This document shows, piece by piece, positions 12,118 to 22,616 of a stretch of 64,000 bases of DNA. The position numbers and the translations under genes were made by a program. The stretch is taken from NCBI GenBank assembly GCA_043228905.1, contig JBHGNT010000018.1:12710001-12774000 (forward strand), read 5' to 3'. The stretch is from Azolla caroliniana. Taxonomy: Eukaryota > Plantae > Polypodiophyta. Under the pieces are notes generated by a model that ran no database searches, was not told where the DNA came from, and worked only from the letters and a program-made list of their open reading frames with translations. How positions within the stretch are numbered: position 1 is the first letter of the stretch; each line of letters starts with the position of its first letter.

Positions 12118-12909
12118 TGTCGTGTGGTGCATGACACACGTGCCAAACGTCGTGATGTACGCGTCACAAGCGCGGACAAGCATCAGGCCTCTATCCACTA
12201 GTGGTTATGGAGGATTGATGATGGGATCGTTCAAGATAACGGAACCACGGAAGGACTAGCGCAAGCAACAAAACGGAGGAAGGACTAGTGCAAGAGAGAA
12301 GTATTAAAGATAAATTGATAGATAGATACAGGTGGGAATTCCTATTCCCGGTTTGAACCTTTCACTTCAAAATTGAGATAGAAGACACCTTGCCAACGAG
12401 ATAACTAGAACTTATTTATTATTATTGATTGCATACATTGTCTCCCCCTTTCTTTCTCTTTCTCTCCTTCTTATATAGATGCCCCCATGCATATGTGCAT
12501 GTGAGGGGTGTAGTACATACATACAATGCATGAGATGCATGCGATGCATGATCGCCATTTGGCGCTCATGCATCACATGTGATGCATGATGACCATGTAC
12601 CTTATCTAAGCTCTCATGTACAAACAATTTTGTGTGAAATGTACAATGAACACAATTAACTTTCAAATGAAACAACGTAGTCTAATGGTATGTCTATTGC
12701 CTCCTATCTTGGAGGTGTAAGGTTCTAAACCTTTACTTGCACCTCATTGTATGTGTTAGGCTTATTATATATATATGTGTAATGATCACCTAAACACACA
12801 TCACACGTGCACATTAACTATCACCCCTTCCATAAATGTGCATATTGCACCTTCTCGATTTTCCTCGTTCCACGTGATTTTCACACAATTGTCGAAAATC
12901 TTCACGACA
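12118..12909. mobile_element. Solo-LTR-like insert with TGTCGTG...CACGACA ends and 4-bp TSD ACGT
   Basis: ACGT at 12114-12117 and 12910-12913; removal restores ORF2 reading ...CSKGVRKVFL. Confidence 0.85.
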
Positions 12910-13838
12910 ACGTAAAGTGTTCCTTTCTGAAGATCTACTTGTAAAGGAATCTGGTGGGCCTAGAAGCTTTTAAAAAAGATCTAAAAAGCTCACAAAACCT
13001 TCTTGTCACCTTGAGGCCTTACATACAAGGCCATGTAACTCTAAGGGAGCCCTTGCCCTCCCTAGTGAAGGCCTCGAAAAGGGCATCTAAAATACAATCA
13101 AGACCACCAAAAAAGAAGACCACTAAAATGTCGGACTCCGACTCATCAAGCTCAAACGACGATGAGGACACTAAGGGGACGCCAGGAGCTCAGCTGGCAT
13201 CGGGTGTGTTGTCATCCAAGAAAAATAAGATACAGAGAGAGTTAATGCAATGTAAACTGGTCAGGAAAGGGCAAGTGTTTAATTTGCCTATAACACACAT
13301 CTATTGGCCTCCTATAGATGAAAAAACAGGATGAAGAACACTTGAGATTAGAGAGCCACACCAAATGCATGTTCAAAATCTTAAGAAAAAAATGAAAATT
13401 AATCCACATGCTACCGTTGTGCCTTTTATTGTTATGGTGGATCCCGAAGAATGTGAAACCATTGAAGATTTTGATATAAGAAAGCATGGTCAATACAATT
13501 ACTTTGTAATTGGTGGATCGTATTTAGCAGAGGCACTTCGGCAACTTGTGAGAGAACATCCAACGACTTGACAGGAACTACACGCTCCGATGAACAACGC
13601 TCGGCCACAACTGAGTTTAGAATCAAAACACAGAAAAAACGGGGAATGAATGCACGACACAAAGGAGAGAAGAGTACACAGGATGTTTAACGTGGAAAAC
13701 CCCGAGAGGGAAAACCCATGGGAGTCCACAGACTCCAAACTATCACTATATCACAATGATTACAACAGTGAGCTCACGGAGGCAATGACCTCGTGCTCAC
13801 GATCTTCGCCACAAGCGGCGGTTACAACAGAGGCAACG

Positions 13839-13899
<61 letters not shown>

Positions 13900-14530
13900 C
13901 ACTGTTACGCACTCTCTCTTCTTGCACCAACAAGAATGACAACAACAACTCTAAGTTTGCCCTAAGTCATATTTATACTAATATGACTTTTCGGCTATTT
14001 ACAAATATAGCCCCGATGGCCTCTCAGGAAACATATTTACGAATGTTGCCTCTTAGGAACACGGTTCGTGGTCAGTCCTTCGACCTAGACCCCAAGGTGG
14101 GTGGGAACAACGAACAGAGCTTAAGCGTACTGCATAAGGAGAGAACCGTTGTGGTTCCTCCGTGTGTAAGGGGAGACGGCTACAACCGACTCCTTATCAC
14201 AGGTTGCGCTTACGTACTACTATGCTTACGTATCTGAGACACAGACACTGAATTAGTCGTAGCTATACACAGAAACTCAGAGAAGATAGTATTCTATTAT
14301 TAGGCGTTCTTTTACAATTCTCAAAATTTACACACACCTCCTTAAGAGGTTTTCTGCCCTTTATATATGTAGGTTCTAATTAGCCGTTCACGCTTCCCCG
14401 CGTGAACCGTTACATACGTTACGCTTTATATAGTTTCTTATTCCTACGCTTTTGGCCATCGGTTACTATTGCCGCGGACAACACCAGGCACGCCTGTGGG
14501 ACAGTGCCTTTGCACGTCGGACCCATCCCG

Positions 14531-17482
14531 TTAATCTTCTTCCAAAATGCCCCGGATGTTCGGCTCTGTTGTGGTGTCCTCGGCCGGAGTTGATGTAGGG
14601 CACGTATGTGCATCGTGGTGCGGCTCCTCTGCTTGGTCGGCCTGGTTTCTCCCGGAGTCGCCTTCGCCGTGTGCGGGTGGTTCGGGTACGGTGGGCTCTT
14701 CTTGAGTTAGTGGGTTGGGCTCCGCCGGTAGCGTGCTTGCAGTCGGCTGTTGCTCCACCTCTATTGTTACGTCCTCCGCGGTGTTGGCCGTTTTTGTGTG
14801 TCCCTGGGCGTGGGGCGGGGATTCCGCCTGGTCCACACTATTTTCCGTGTTTTCTGAAGATGGTGTGGGCTGGACCTTTTGTTGGTTAATGGTTTCGCTG
14901 TTTGGTCTTGTGGGGGGCTCCGCTCGTTCGTCCCCACTATTCTCCCCCGTTGTCCTCGCTGGTGATCGGGCCTGAGGTTCCTCTTCTTCAGCTGTGACCA
15001 GAATTGGTGTCCCGTTGGGTTCCTCGTTTGTGTGCGTGTTGCCGGTTTGTGTGATCTGGTGAAATAGCTCCTCCTGACTTTCACCAAAATCATCTAGGAG
15101 TTGTGCGAGTTCTTCGAAGTGTTGGTCTGCTAACGCGCGATAGTCTTGCGCTAGGTCCTCCCATACGGTCGCAATGCTCTCCTCGTTTAGCTTGTAAAAC
15201 CCTCGACCGTCTTTCAACCGGTTCTCCCAGTCCGCACGATACGCGTGCAATTCCGCTACTTGGGTTGCCCATGCCATCCATCCTTTGTCTAGCGCCGTTT
15301 TCAATTGCGTTGTGAACCTTTCCCGGTTGGTTTGGAGAAGCATGCGCACGTTATCCGTGATGGCCTGGCAGCGGTTGCGTGCGTCTTCCATCGACTTCTG
15401 GAGATTCGCGAATTTCTGTTGTTTAACGGCTACCGCTTCCTCATACGTGGCCTTCAGGCCCACCCACAGGTGGGATTCCTTTTCATGCTGTTTTTCTAAT
15501 TGCCCCATTTCATTGTTTAGGCGGATTTCGAGTTGATGCCTTCTGTCTTGTTCGACTACCAAATGTTCATCGAACCATACCTTCTTTTTTTCTAACAAGG
15601 CCCGAAGTCCCACTATTGCCGCCTCTGATTTCTTCGCGTCCTCTCGTAATTGGGCGTTGTCGTCTTTTGTCCGGATGTGCTGAGCCACCTCCGTAGCCAG
15701 TTTCTCTTCAAGCGTTTTTACGGCTTTTCGTCCGTTAGCCCATATCTCCTTTTCTCTGTCGGAGGATTGGCGTAGTTCTGCTCGAAAACGGTCAATTTCG
15801 GATTCCGCTAGCTGCATGGCCCTTTTTGCTTTTGAGGCGATGGCGGTCTGAGCCTCGATTTCTTCTTTAAGAGCGTTGATAACGTGGTTCGGTGGCGGGG
15901 TTTCGTGTTGCGCCGTAGTCGTGTGAGCTTCCAACTCAGCGATGCGTGCGTTGGCCTTTTGTAGTTCGGCTTCGATCAGTTTAACCTTCTTCCAGACATT
16001 CTTATTTTTTATGGCCATCTCCTTGGCGCCCGTACTGACCTTTGCCAGTTCCCGATGGACTTCGACTAGGGCCGTGTTTAAGGGTGGTATCTCCATCCCT
16101 ACTCGCCGTACCCCGGTGTTCCTCTGTCTGCCGACCCTGGCTAGCTGCTCCTCATCGTCTCTCTCCGTTGTTTGTGTTAGAGCGCGCTCTATCATCTGAC
16201 GTTCTGCATGCTCCTCGGCCATTCGTTGCGCGGCTTTAACCTGTTGAGTTGCCATGAACTCCATGAGCTCGAAAGAGGTACCGAACTGCAAGAGGGCGCT
16301 GAATTCGTGGGCCGTATCCGGAATATCCGGATATGCCAAAACCTCGCTTTCCGCCGTCAATACGGCATTCCCTCGCTGAGACTGAGTCGTAATAATCGGT
16401 CGTGGCTCCCGGATGATTTTGAAGGTAGTATTCGGCTCTGCTGTTGCGGGGCCTTCGCTTGCGGTTGGTGCCTCCGGATCCATGGGGGCATTTTTTACCA
16501 ACCCCCGCCCATATTTTCTGTCCAATTTGCACCGTTTTGGTTTAGGGCTTTCCCCCCGTGCTTCGGTGTCTGGTTCTGGGGCTGCCTCCATAGGGTGTCT
16601 CGGTTGTTCCTCCTGCGTCGCCCGTGTATCCGGTTGGTCGGTAGGAGGTGTTGTCCTTGGGCCTGGTTGGGCCGGTTGGGGTTCCTCCTCCCACTCTGGG
16701 GCCGCTAACTCCGCTAACCTACGTTTCGCGGAGCGAGGCGGAGCCGTGGGTTGGATGGGCTGTGGTGCTGGTAGGCCTCGGGGTGGAAACAGTACCGTAA
16801 GGTATTGTTGGATGATTGGCCTGAGCTTTTTGCCTGCTTGGTACGCATGCAAGCCTTCCCTTAACGTCGGCCCTCTGATGACCCCCCAGTCGACTGTACG
16901 CCCCTCAAAGGTGTTGATAATGATGCCCGCCTTCAGTTTAGGCATCCCGTAAGCGTTGACATGGATGTAGCCTACTTCCAGTAGGAACTTGGCAACTTCA
17001 CGGAAGAAGGGATTCGGAATTTGTTTTGTTCTATAGGCTTTGGCGGAGGATGAGTATGAGTATGGACCAAAATACCGTTGCAGTGCCTCTGTAGGAGGTA
17101 TTTCGAAATGTCTTTCGCCTAGTGAGTATAGGTCTAACTTCTTCCGAATGGAAGAGTTGGTGACCGTGTCGATGTTAAGCCGCTTGGCGATGTCCATGGC
17201 GTCTGGGTGCGGAGGTGCTTTTGCGACCCAAATGTAACCATCCAGGCGCTTCTCCACGAGCCATCGGCGTAGGGCAGTAGAGATGAAGATCGGCATCGCC
17301 AGAGTAGGTTCGTGGAGAGGAGATGGGTAGCAGTGGTGAGTTGGAGCTCTGAGATGTGATGGGGAAGAAGGTGAGGAGGAGCAATGGGAGCGCTGATAGC
17401 TAGACGCTGTGTTTCTGCTTTGTGCAGAAAACCTTCTATTTCCTTCTTTTTGTGGCTTAGGGTTCATTTGGCGGTGAGCCAT
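14531..17482 (-). CDS. Extra 3' ORF (env-position) of the gypsy element: globular N-terminal domain, Pro-rich linker, long coiled coil, acidic disordered tail
   Basis: Uninterrupted 983-codon ORF between the integrase and the 3' LTR, on the same strand as gag-pol. The true start may be a downstream Met. Confidence 0.8.
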   Translation of the reverse strand: MAHRQMNPKPQKEGNRRFSAQSRNTASSYQRSHCSSSPSSPSHLRAPTHHCYPSPLHEPTLAMPIFISTALRRWLVEKRLDGYIWVAKAPPHPDAMDIAKRLNIDTVTNSSIRKKLDLYSLGERHFEIPPTEALQRYFGPYSYSSSAKAYRTKQIPNPFFREVAKFLLEVGYIHVNAYGMPKLKAGIIINTFEGRTVDWGVIRGPTLREGLHAYQAGKKLRPIIQQYLTVLFPPRGLPAPQPIQPTAPPRSAKRRLAELAAPEWEEEPQPAQPGPRTTPPTDQPDTRATQEEQPRHPMEAAPEPDTEARGESPKPKRCKLDRKYGRGLVKNAPMDPEAPTASEGPATAEPNTTFKIIREPRPIITTQSQRGNAVLTAESEVLAYPDIPDTAHEFSALLQFGTSFELMEFMATQQVKAAQRMAEEHAERQMIERALTQTTERDDEEQLARVGRQRNTGVRRVGMEIPPLNTALVEVHRELAKVSTGAKEMAIKNKNVWKKVKLIEAELQKANARIAELEAHTTTAQHETPPPNHVINALKEEIEAQTAIASKAKRAMQLAESEIDRFRAELRQSSDREKEIWANGRKAVKTLEEKLATEVAQHIRTKDDNAQLREDAKKSEAAIVGLRALLEKKKVWFDEHLVVEQDRRHQLEIRLNNEMGQLEKQHEKESHLWVGLKATYEEAVAVKQQKFANLQKSMEDARNRCQAITDNVRMLLQTNRERFTTQLKTALDKGWMAWATQVAELHAYRADWENRLKDGRGFYKLNEESIATVWEDLAQDYRALADQHFEELAQLLDDFGESQEELFHQITQTGNTHTNEEPNGTPILVTAEEEEPQARSPARTTGENSGDERAEPPTRPNSETINQQKVQPTPSSENTENSVDQAESPPHAQGHTKTANTAEDVTIEVEQQPTASTLPAEPNPLTQEEPTVPEPPAHGEGDSGRNQADQAEEPHHDAHTCPTSTPAEDTTTEPNIRGILEED

Positions 17483-17647
17483 CGTGGTGCCGCGTGTTCT
17501 TGAACTAGGAGTTTGTGCATGCCTTTACTCGTTTTAATAGTCGCTATCTTCTCTCTCTTTTTTATTTTTTTTATTTTTTATTTTTATTTTTTATAACGGT
17601 TACTTACCCCCTATTTTTACATTATAGTACAATTGGGCCTGTCCCTT

Positions 17648-20600
17648 TTACGCTGCAGGTTCTCTGGCTATGTCCCGTTCGGCGGTGAATGGGTTAGATG
17701 GCGTAGGGCCCAGGTAAGGTTTGAGCCGAAACCCATTCACTTTTTGCCGTACTATTTCTCCAGCCAGTGTTCCTAGTTGGAACGTGCCCCGTTCCGCTCC
17801 AATTATCCAGTATGGGCCGGTCCAGCGGAAACGTAGCTTACCCGGCATCTGGCCCATGCGCGTTTGAAAAACTAGCACCGCTCGGCCCACGGCGAACTCC
17901 TTTTCCCTTGCGCTCCGATGTCGATCGACAAATGCTTTATGCCGTCGTTGTTCTTCTTCCAACACAGCCATGTTGTGGACGCGTTTCTCCCCTAGTTTGA
18001 GGAGTTGGTAAAGCCTTTCCTCCTCTGACTTGGCTTCTGATAATCGGTTCCGTACCTGAATGCGCAAACTAGGTACCCGAAATTCGATCGGCATCACAGC
18101 TTCTAGTCCAAACGCTAGCCGGAACGGTGTTGACTGTATGCTTGTTTTGTAACTAGTTCTGTACGCCCATAACGCACTCTGGAGTTTGGTATCCCAGTCC
18201 GTTCTATTTTCATTGACGGTTTTCTTCAAAATGGTCTGTAAAGTTTTGTTCGTGGATTCCGCTAGTCCATTCGCCTGTGGGTAGTATGGCGTGCTTTTCA
18301 TGTGGACGACTGCGTAATGCTGTGTTAGTTCCCGAACCACCGTATTGAGGAAGTGGCTCCCCTGGTCACTGATGAGCTCAATCGGGCAGCCGAACCAGCA
18401 CCAGATGTGCTCGTACAGAAATTTGGTTGTGACGGCCGCCGTATTTTCCCGTAGTGCCTTTGCTTCTACCCATTTGGTACAGTAATTCGTGGCTACCAAT
18501 ATGTATTTGTTGCCCGTACGTGCTGCTGCTGGTGTGAAGGGCCCCACAAAATCCAATCCCCACTTTTGGAAGGGGTCCATCGGTAATACGGGCTGGTGTG
18601 GCATCCTTGCGTCCTCCGCGGGCTGACCCTTCCGCTAGCACAAACCACACTTTCTACAATACTCGGATGCATCCTTCTGCGTTGTTGGCCACCATAAGCC
18701 CGCCTGCCATACTTTGCGGGCTGTCACGTTGCCCGCGTAATGGCTGCCGGCCGTGCCGCAGTGTGCCTCCCGTAAAACTTCTTCTTTTTCATCCTGACCG
18801 TGCACTCCCCAGTCCGTGACAAATGTCGTCTTCTCCTGGTCGTCGGGGTGCATGCGTACTTGGTTATAGCCACTGAAGCCATCTAAGAAACTGTACATTT
18901 CATGGCCTGTGACGACGTCCAGCACGCTATCGGTGAAGGGTAAGGGAAATGCGTCCGTAATGGTTACGGCGTTTAATTTCTGGTAATCCACGCATACCCG
19001 TATTTTGCCATTTTTCTTTGGGACAACCACTATCAGGCTAAGCCATGTCGCTTGTTTTACTGGCCGTATGAACCCAGCCCTCAGCAGCTTGTCAATTTCT
19101 TCTTTCATGCGGGTCGCGTAATTGGGGTTCATGCGGTAGCGACGCTGCTGGACAGGTTTCGCGTTCGTTGCTAAATTGATCTTCTGCTAATAGAACTTGG
19201 GATCTAACCCCTTCATGTCCTCATGAGCCCATGCGAACACATCTTTATATTCCGTGAGTAGTGCGATCATTGTGGTTCTCTGGTCCGGCCTCAATTCCTT
19301 TGCTATGGAGAGGAACCGGGGTTCCGATCCCGTACCCACATTTACTTCGTCGAGAGCGGAAGCGGTGACCCGTCATGAAATCTCCATTTCCCTTTCGAAG
19401 GCCGCGCGTGCTCTGCTGAGTTCCAATATGGACTCTGGGTTTGGTTCGTACGGCTCTTCGCTCGGAACAATGGCCGTAGTATATTCTGCCGCAGTTGCAA
19501 TGACATCTATCTCGAACAACGGAATAATCCGAGGATGTTCGTCAAGATACGCTTCCAATTCGGCATCCTCCACCCCAGCCAACATATTGATTTCTTCCGC
19601 ATACAACGGTGTTATCCCCTTAGGTTGGGGCATGTTGCCTTCCGTAGGAACACGAACCTTGATGTGTCCCTGCCGGAAACTGATACACTCGTGTTGCCAG
19701 CTCTGCTTGATATTTGGTGTTTGAAGCCATGGTCTGCCCAGAAGCACTGGGTACACTCCTAGCGCATCCAAAGCTAGGACGACCGCTGATATGTCGAAGC
19801 GGTGTCCGCCCACGATGATGCCTATTTTGCGAATTAGCCCCATCGGTCGCACTAATCGGGTATCTGCCATGCGAAGCCAGAATGGACACGCCTCCCATTC
19901 GGAAATGCCCAACTATTCGCAAGTTTTCGCGCTAATCACATTGACGCCTGAGCCGCCGTCGATTACACATCCAGGGACTTCCTGTTCGTGCAATATTACT
20001 GTAATGGCCGGGTTATGTTGATCCACCACTGGTGATCCCTCGTTGACGTTAGTCAGGTTTGTGGCAACGCTCGCCCCGGTCATGCCCGCCACCTGTGCTT
20101 CCATGGTCTGGCGGAAACGTGGAACTAGCTGTAGCAGTTTTTCCATAGTTAGCGTGATTTCATAGCCCGCTAACACCTGCCAAATGGGGTCCGGCCCCGA
20201 TTTTTCGTTCTCTGTTCGCTTCATTGCGTTCGAGGACTCCTGCCTCATACGTTCCGTATTGGTTGCGTTTGCTTTTTCCACCCAGGCTTGGGCTTGTCGT
20301 CGTACCTCGTCCTGCGCAGCCCAATCCGTCGTTTTCGTTTGTTGGCGTGTCGTGACTTGTTGCACCTCTGCCGTAATCGTGTTGACGGTGGGCCCCTTTC
20401 CCCTGCGTGCTGGGTATTGTGTGGCATAATGTCCAAGTTGTTGACAAATAAAACAATGGATGCTTGATTCTCCCTTCTCAGCCCCAGGTGGAGTGTGCCG
20501 TTCTCCGGTCGCTACTTGCTCTTCGCGGTCCGACCTCGTTTGTCGGGATGTACGCGGTGGCTGCTGTTGATCCCGTCGTTGTTCCTGGTGCCGCTCATCC

Positions 20601-21605
20601 CCCGAGCTTTCGTCGTAACGCCGGTGATCCCTATATTGTCGAGGCTTACCCCGATAGCCATTGAAGCCGCCCTGTTTATTTATCGGGCGTTGATGTTCGT
20701 ATCACCAACCCCCTTTGGCGTAACTCGGATGTCCACGATAATCCTCATCCTCCGGGTCCTCGTTGTGATTCCGGCGGTTCCGGTTGTACCTGTCCTCCCG
20801 CGGGTTGCAATCCTTATACCCGGGTCGGTCTTCTTGCCTCCTTTGTTCCGCACGATGTGGTTGCCGCAGTGTGTCCATGCTGCGGACCATGGGCGTGGGT
20901 CTGTTTAACATATTGTACTCACATTGGTCGACTGTGTGAACCTTCGAGTGGCAGATTGGGCAGTGGATTCGCATATTGCACTCCACTGCGGAATGCCCCG
21001 AGTTCAAGCAAATCGTGCACTAGATTGCCTGACGAAATTGGCGTTCCTCATCCTAAGGTAACGCTTGTCGTAAGGATGACATCGAAAACCTCTCCTCCTC
21101 GTCATCCAATTCGAACTGTAACGCTCGTTCAATCACCATATCCGCTGTTTCCCCTTTCACGCTATTGTTGTTGACCGTTGCCCGGATTGGCCGGCGTAAC
21201 GTTGCCAGAAATGTCTCCCGAGCCTCCTCCTCCACAGGGCTTCGATCCAGTTTCCGTCGTAAATTTTGGAACCGTAAGCTGAAGTCTGCTATCGTCTCGG
21301 TCGGTAGTTGCTTAATTGTATAAAACTGTCCGAGAATCTCGCGTTGTGGAACCCTCCGGTGGAAAAAACGCAAGAAGGCGGATTGCAGTTGATCGAAGGT
21401 TGTTATGGCTGGTAAATCCATCTGTGAATGCCAGAAACGCCGCACGCCCATCTAATGTCAATCTGAACTCCGTCATTTTCGACTGGTGTGCCACCGTCTC
21501 GGAAAGGTTCTGTGCCATGTAGTTCGCATTCCAAACGCTCAAGAACATGCGAATATGAGTTGCGGCGTCGGTTTCTCCGTTAAAGCGGGGGTAGACAAAG
21601 GCCAT
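17648..21605 (-). pseudogene. gypsy gag-protease-(truncated RT)-integrase
   Basis: gag 21605-20464 with CCHC knuckles; protease VIDGGSGVNV; RT start (PKKNGKIRVCVDY, FLDGFSGYNQ) fused directly to the integrase zinc finger (EAHCG..HYAG..C..C); integrase core WGLDFVGP/SDQG; GPY module. Confidence 0.9.
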
Positions 21606-22616
21606 CGTGGGAGCTACGGCGGATCAGAAAAGGTCACCAGGTGGCTGCGGTAAGCGTGGTCGCCTCGCCTCGTCGAGGTATTTGGGGAGCAAGGAATCCC
21701 CTTTGCACTCCTGGCAGGTATTACTGGGGTCACCGATGCGCGGCTTTTCCCTGACGCGTTCTTCTGCCTGGCGTGTGACGGACCTTGTTATTGGCCGGTC
21801 TTGTCTTGTTGGTTCTCTGGGTCGTCTGCGGCTACACATCCATTCGTTGTTGCTCGTTTGTGAGGAAACACAGATCACCAAGCGTGCCAAAAGTGTTGCC
21901 TCTTAGGAACACGGTCCGTGGCCAGTCCTTCGACCTAGACCCCAAGGTGGGTGGGAACAACGAACAAAGCTTAAGCGTACTGCGTAAAGAGAGAACCATT
22001 GTGGTTCCACCTTGTGTAAGGGGAGATGGCTACAACCTACTCCTTATCAAAGGTTGCGCTTACGTACTACTACGCTTACGTATCCGAGACACAGACACTG
22101 AATTAGTCGTAGCTATACACTGAAACTCAGAGAAGATAGTATTCTATTATCAGGCGTTCTTTTACAATTCTCAAAATTTACACGCACCTCCTTAAGAGGT
22201 TTTCTGCCCTTTATATATGCAGGGTCTAATTAGCCGTTCATGCTTCCCCGCGTGAACCGTTACATACGTTACGGTTTATATAGTTTCTTATTCCTACGCT
22301 TTTGGCCGTCGGTTACTATTCCGGTGAACAACAACAAATATGTCCCTTCATCCGGTGAGCACTTCTCACTGGGCCTTCACCATCCGGCTCTTGCCAAGTA
22401 CTCCTCATCCGGTTCTCACCGGGTCTTCCGTAGCTGGGTACTCCTCATCCGGTTCTCACCGGGTCTTCCGTAGCTGGGTACTCCTTGTCCGGTTCTCACC
22501 GGGTCTTCCGTAGCCGGGTACTCCTCGTCCGGTTTCAGCCTCGGCAGAGTTTGCTCATCAGCACTGTACTTCCCACTTCCCATCTGGAGGGACCTATCTC
22601 CCAACAAACTCCCCCT

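Larger units (their letters stand above)
14044..22333 (-). mobile_element. Ty3/gypsy non-chromovirus (Tat/Athila-like) with internal RT-RNase H deletion and an extra 3' ORF
   Basis: 440-bp LTRs 14044-14483 and 21894-22333 (TG..CA). TSD ACGAA/ACAAA. PBS-like TGGCACGC on the minus strand next to the 5' LTR. Inserted in the copia B 3' LTR. Confidence 0.92.

Noticed and set aside
12672-12742. Bona fide tRNA gene call (also 29505-29575 and 43221-43290)
   Set aside because: Stems and anticodon arm are degenerate; reported only as tRNA-like sequence within LTRs.
13650-14237. ORFs with SLSLSL/RERERE runs (also 26626, 36568, 41770, 51583, 58247-58694)
   Set aside because: Translations of (CT)n/(GA)n microsatellites in LTRs or UTRs.
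14608-17384. Many short overlapping ORFs on both strands within the 983-aa ORF and within pol genes
   Set aside because: Shadow frames of GC-rich coding sequence with no independent motifs.
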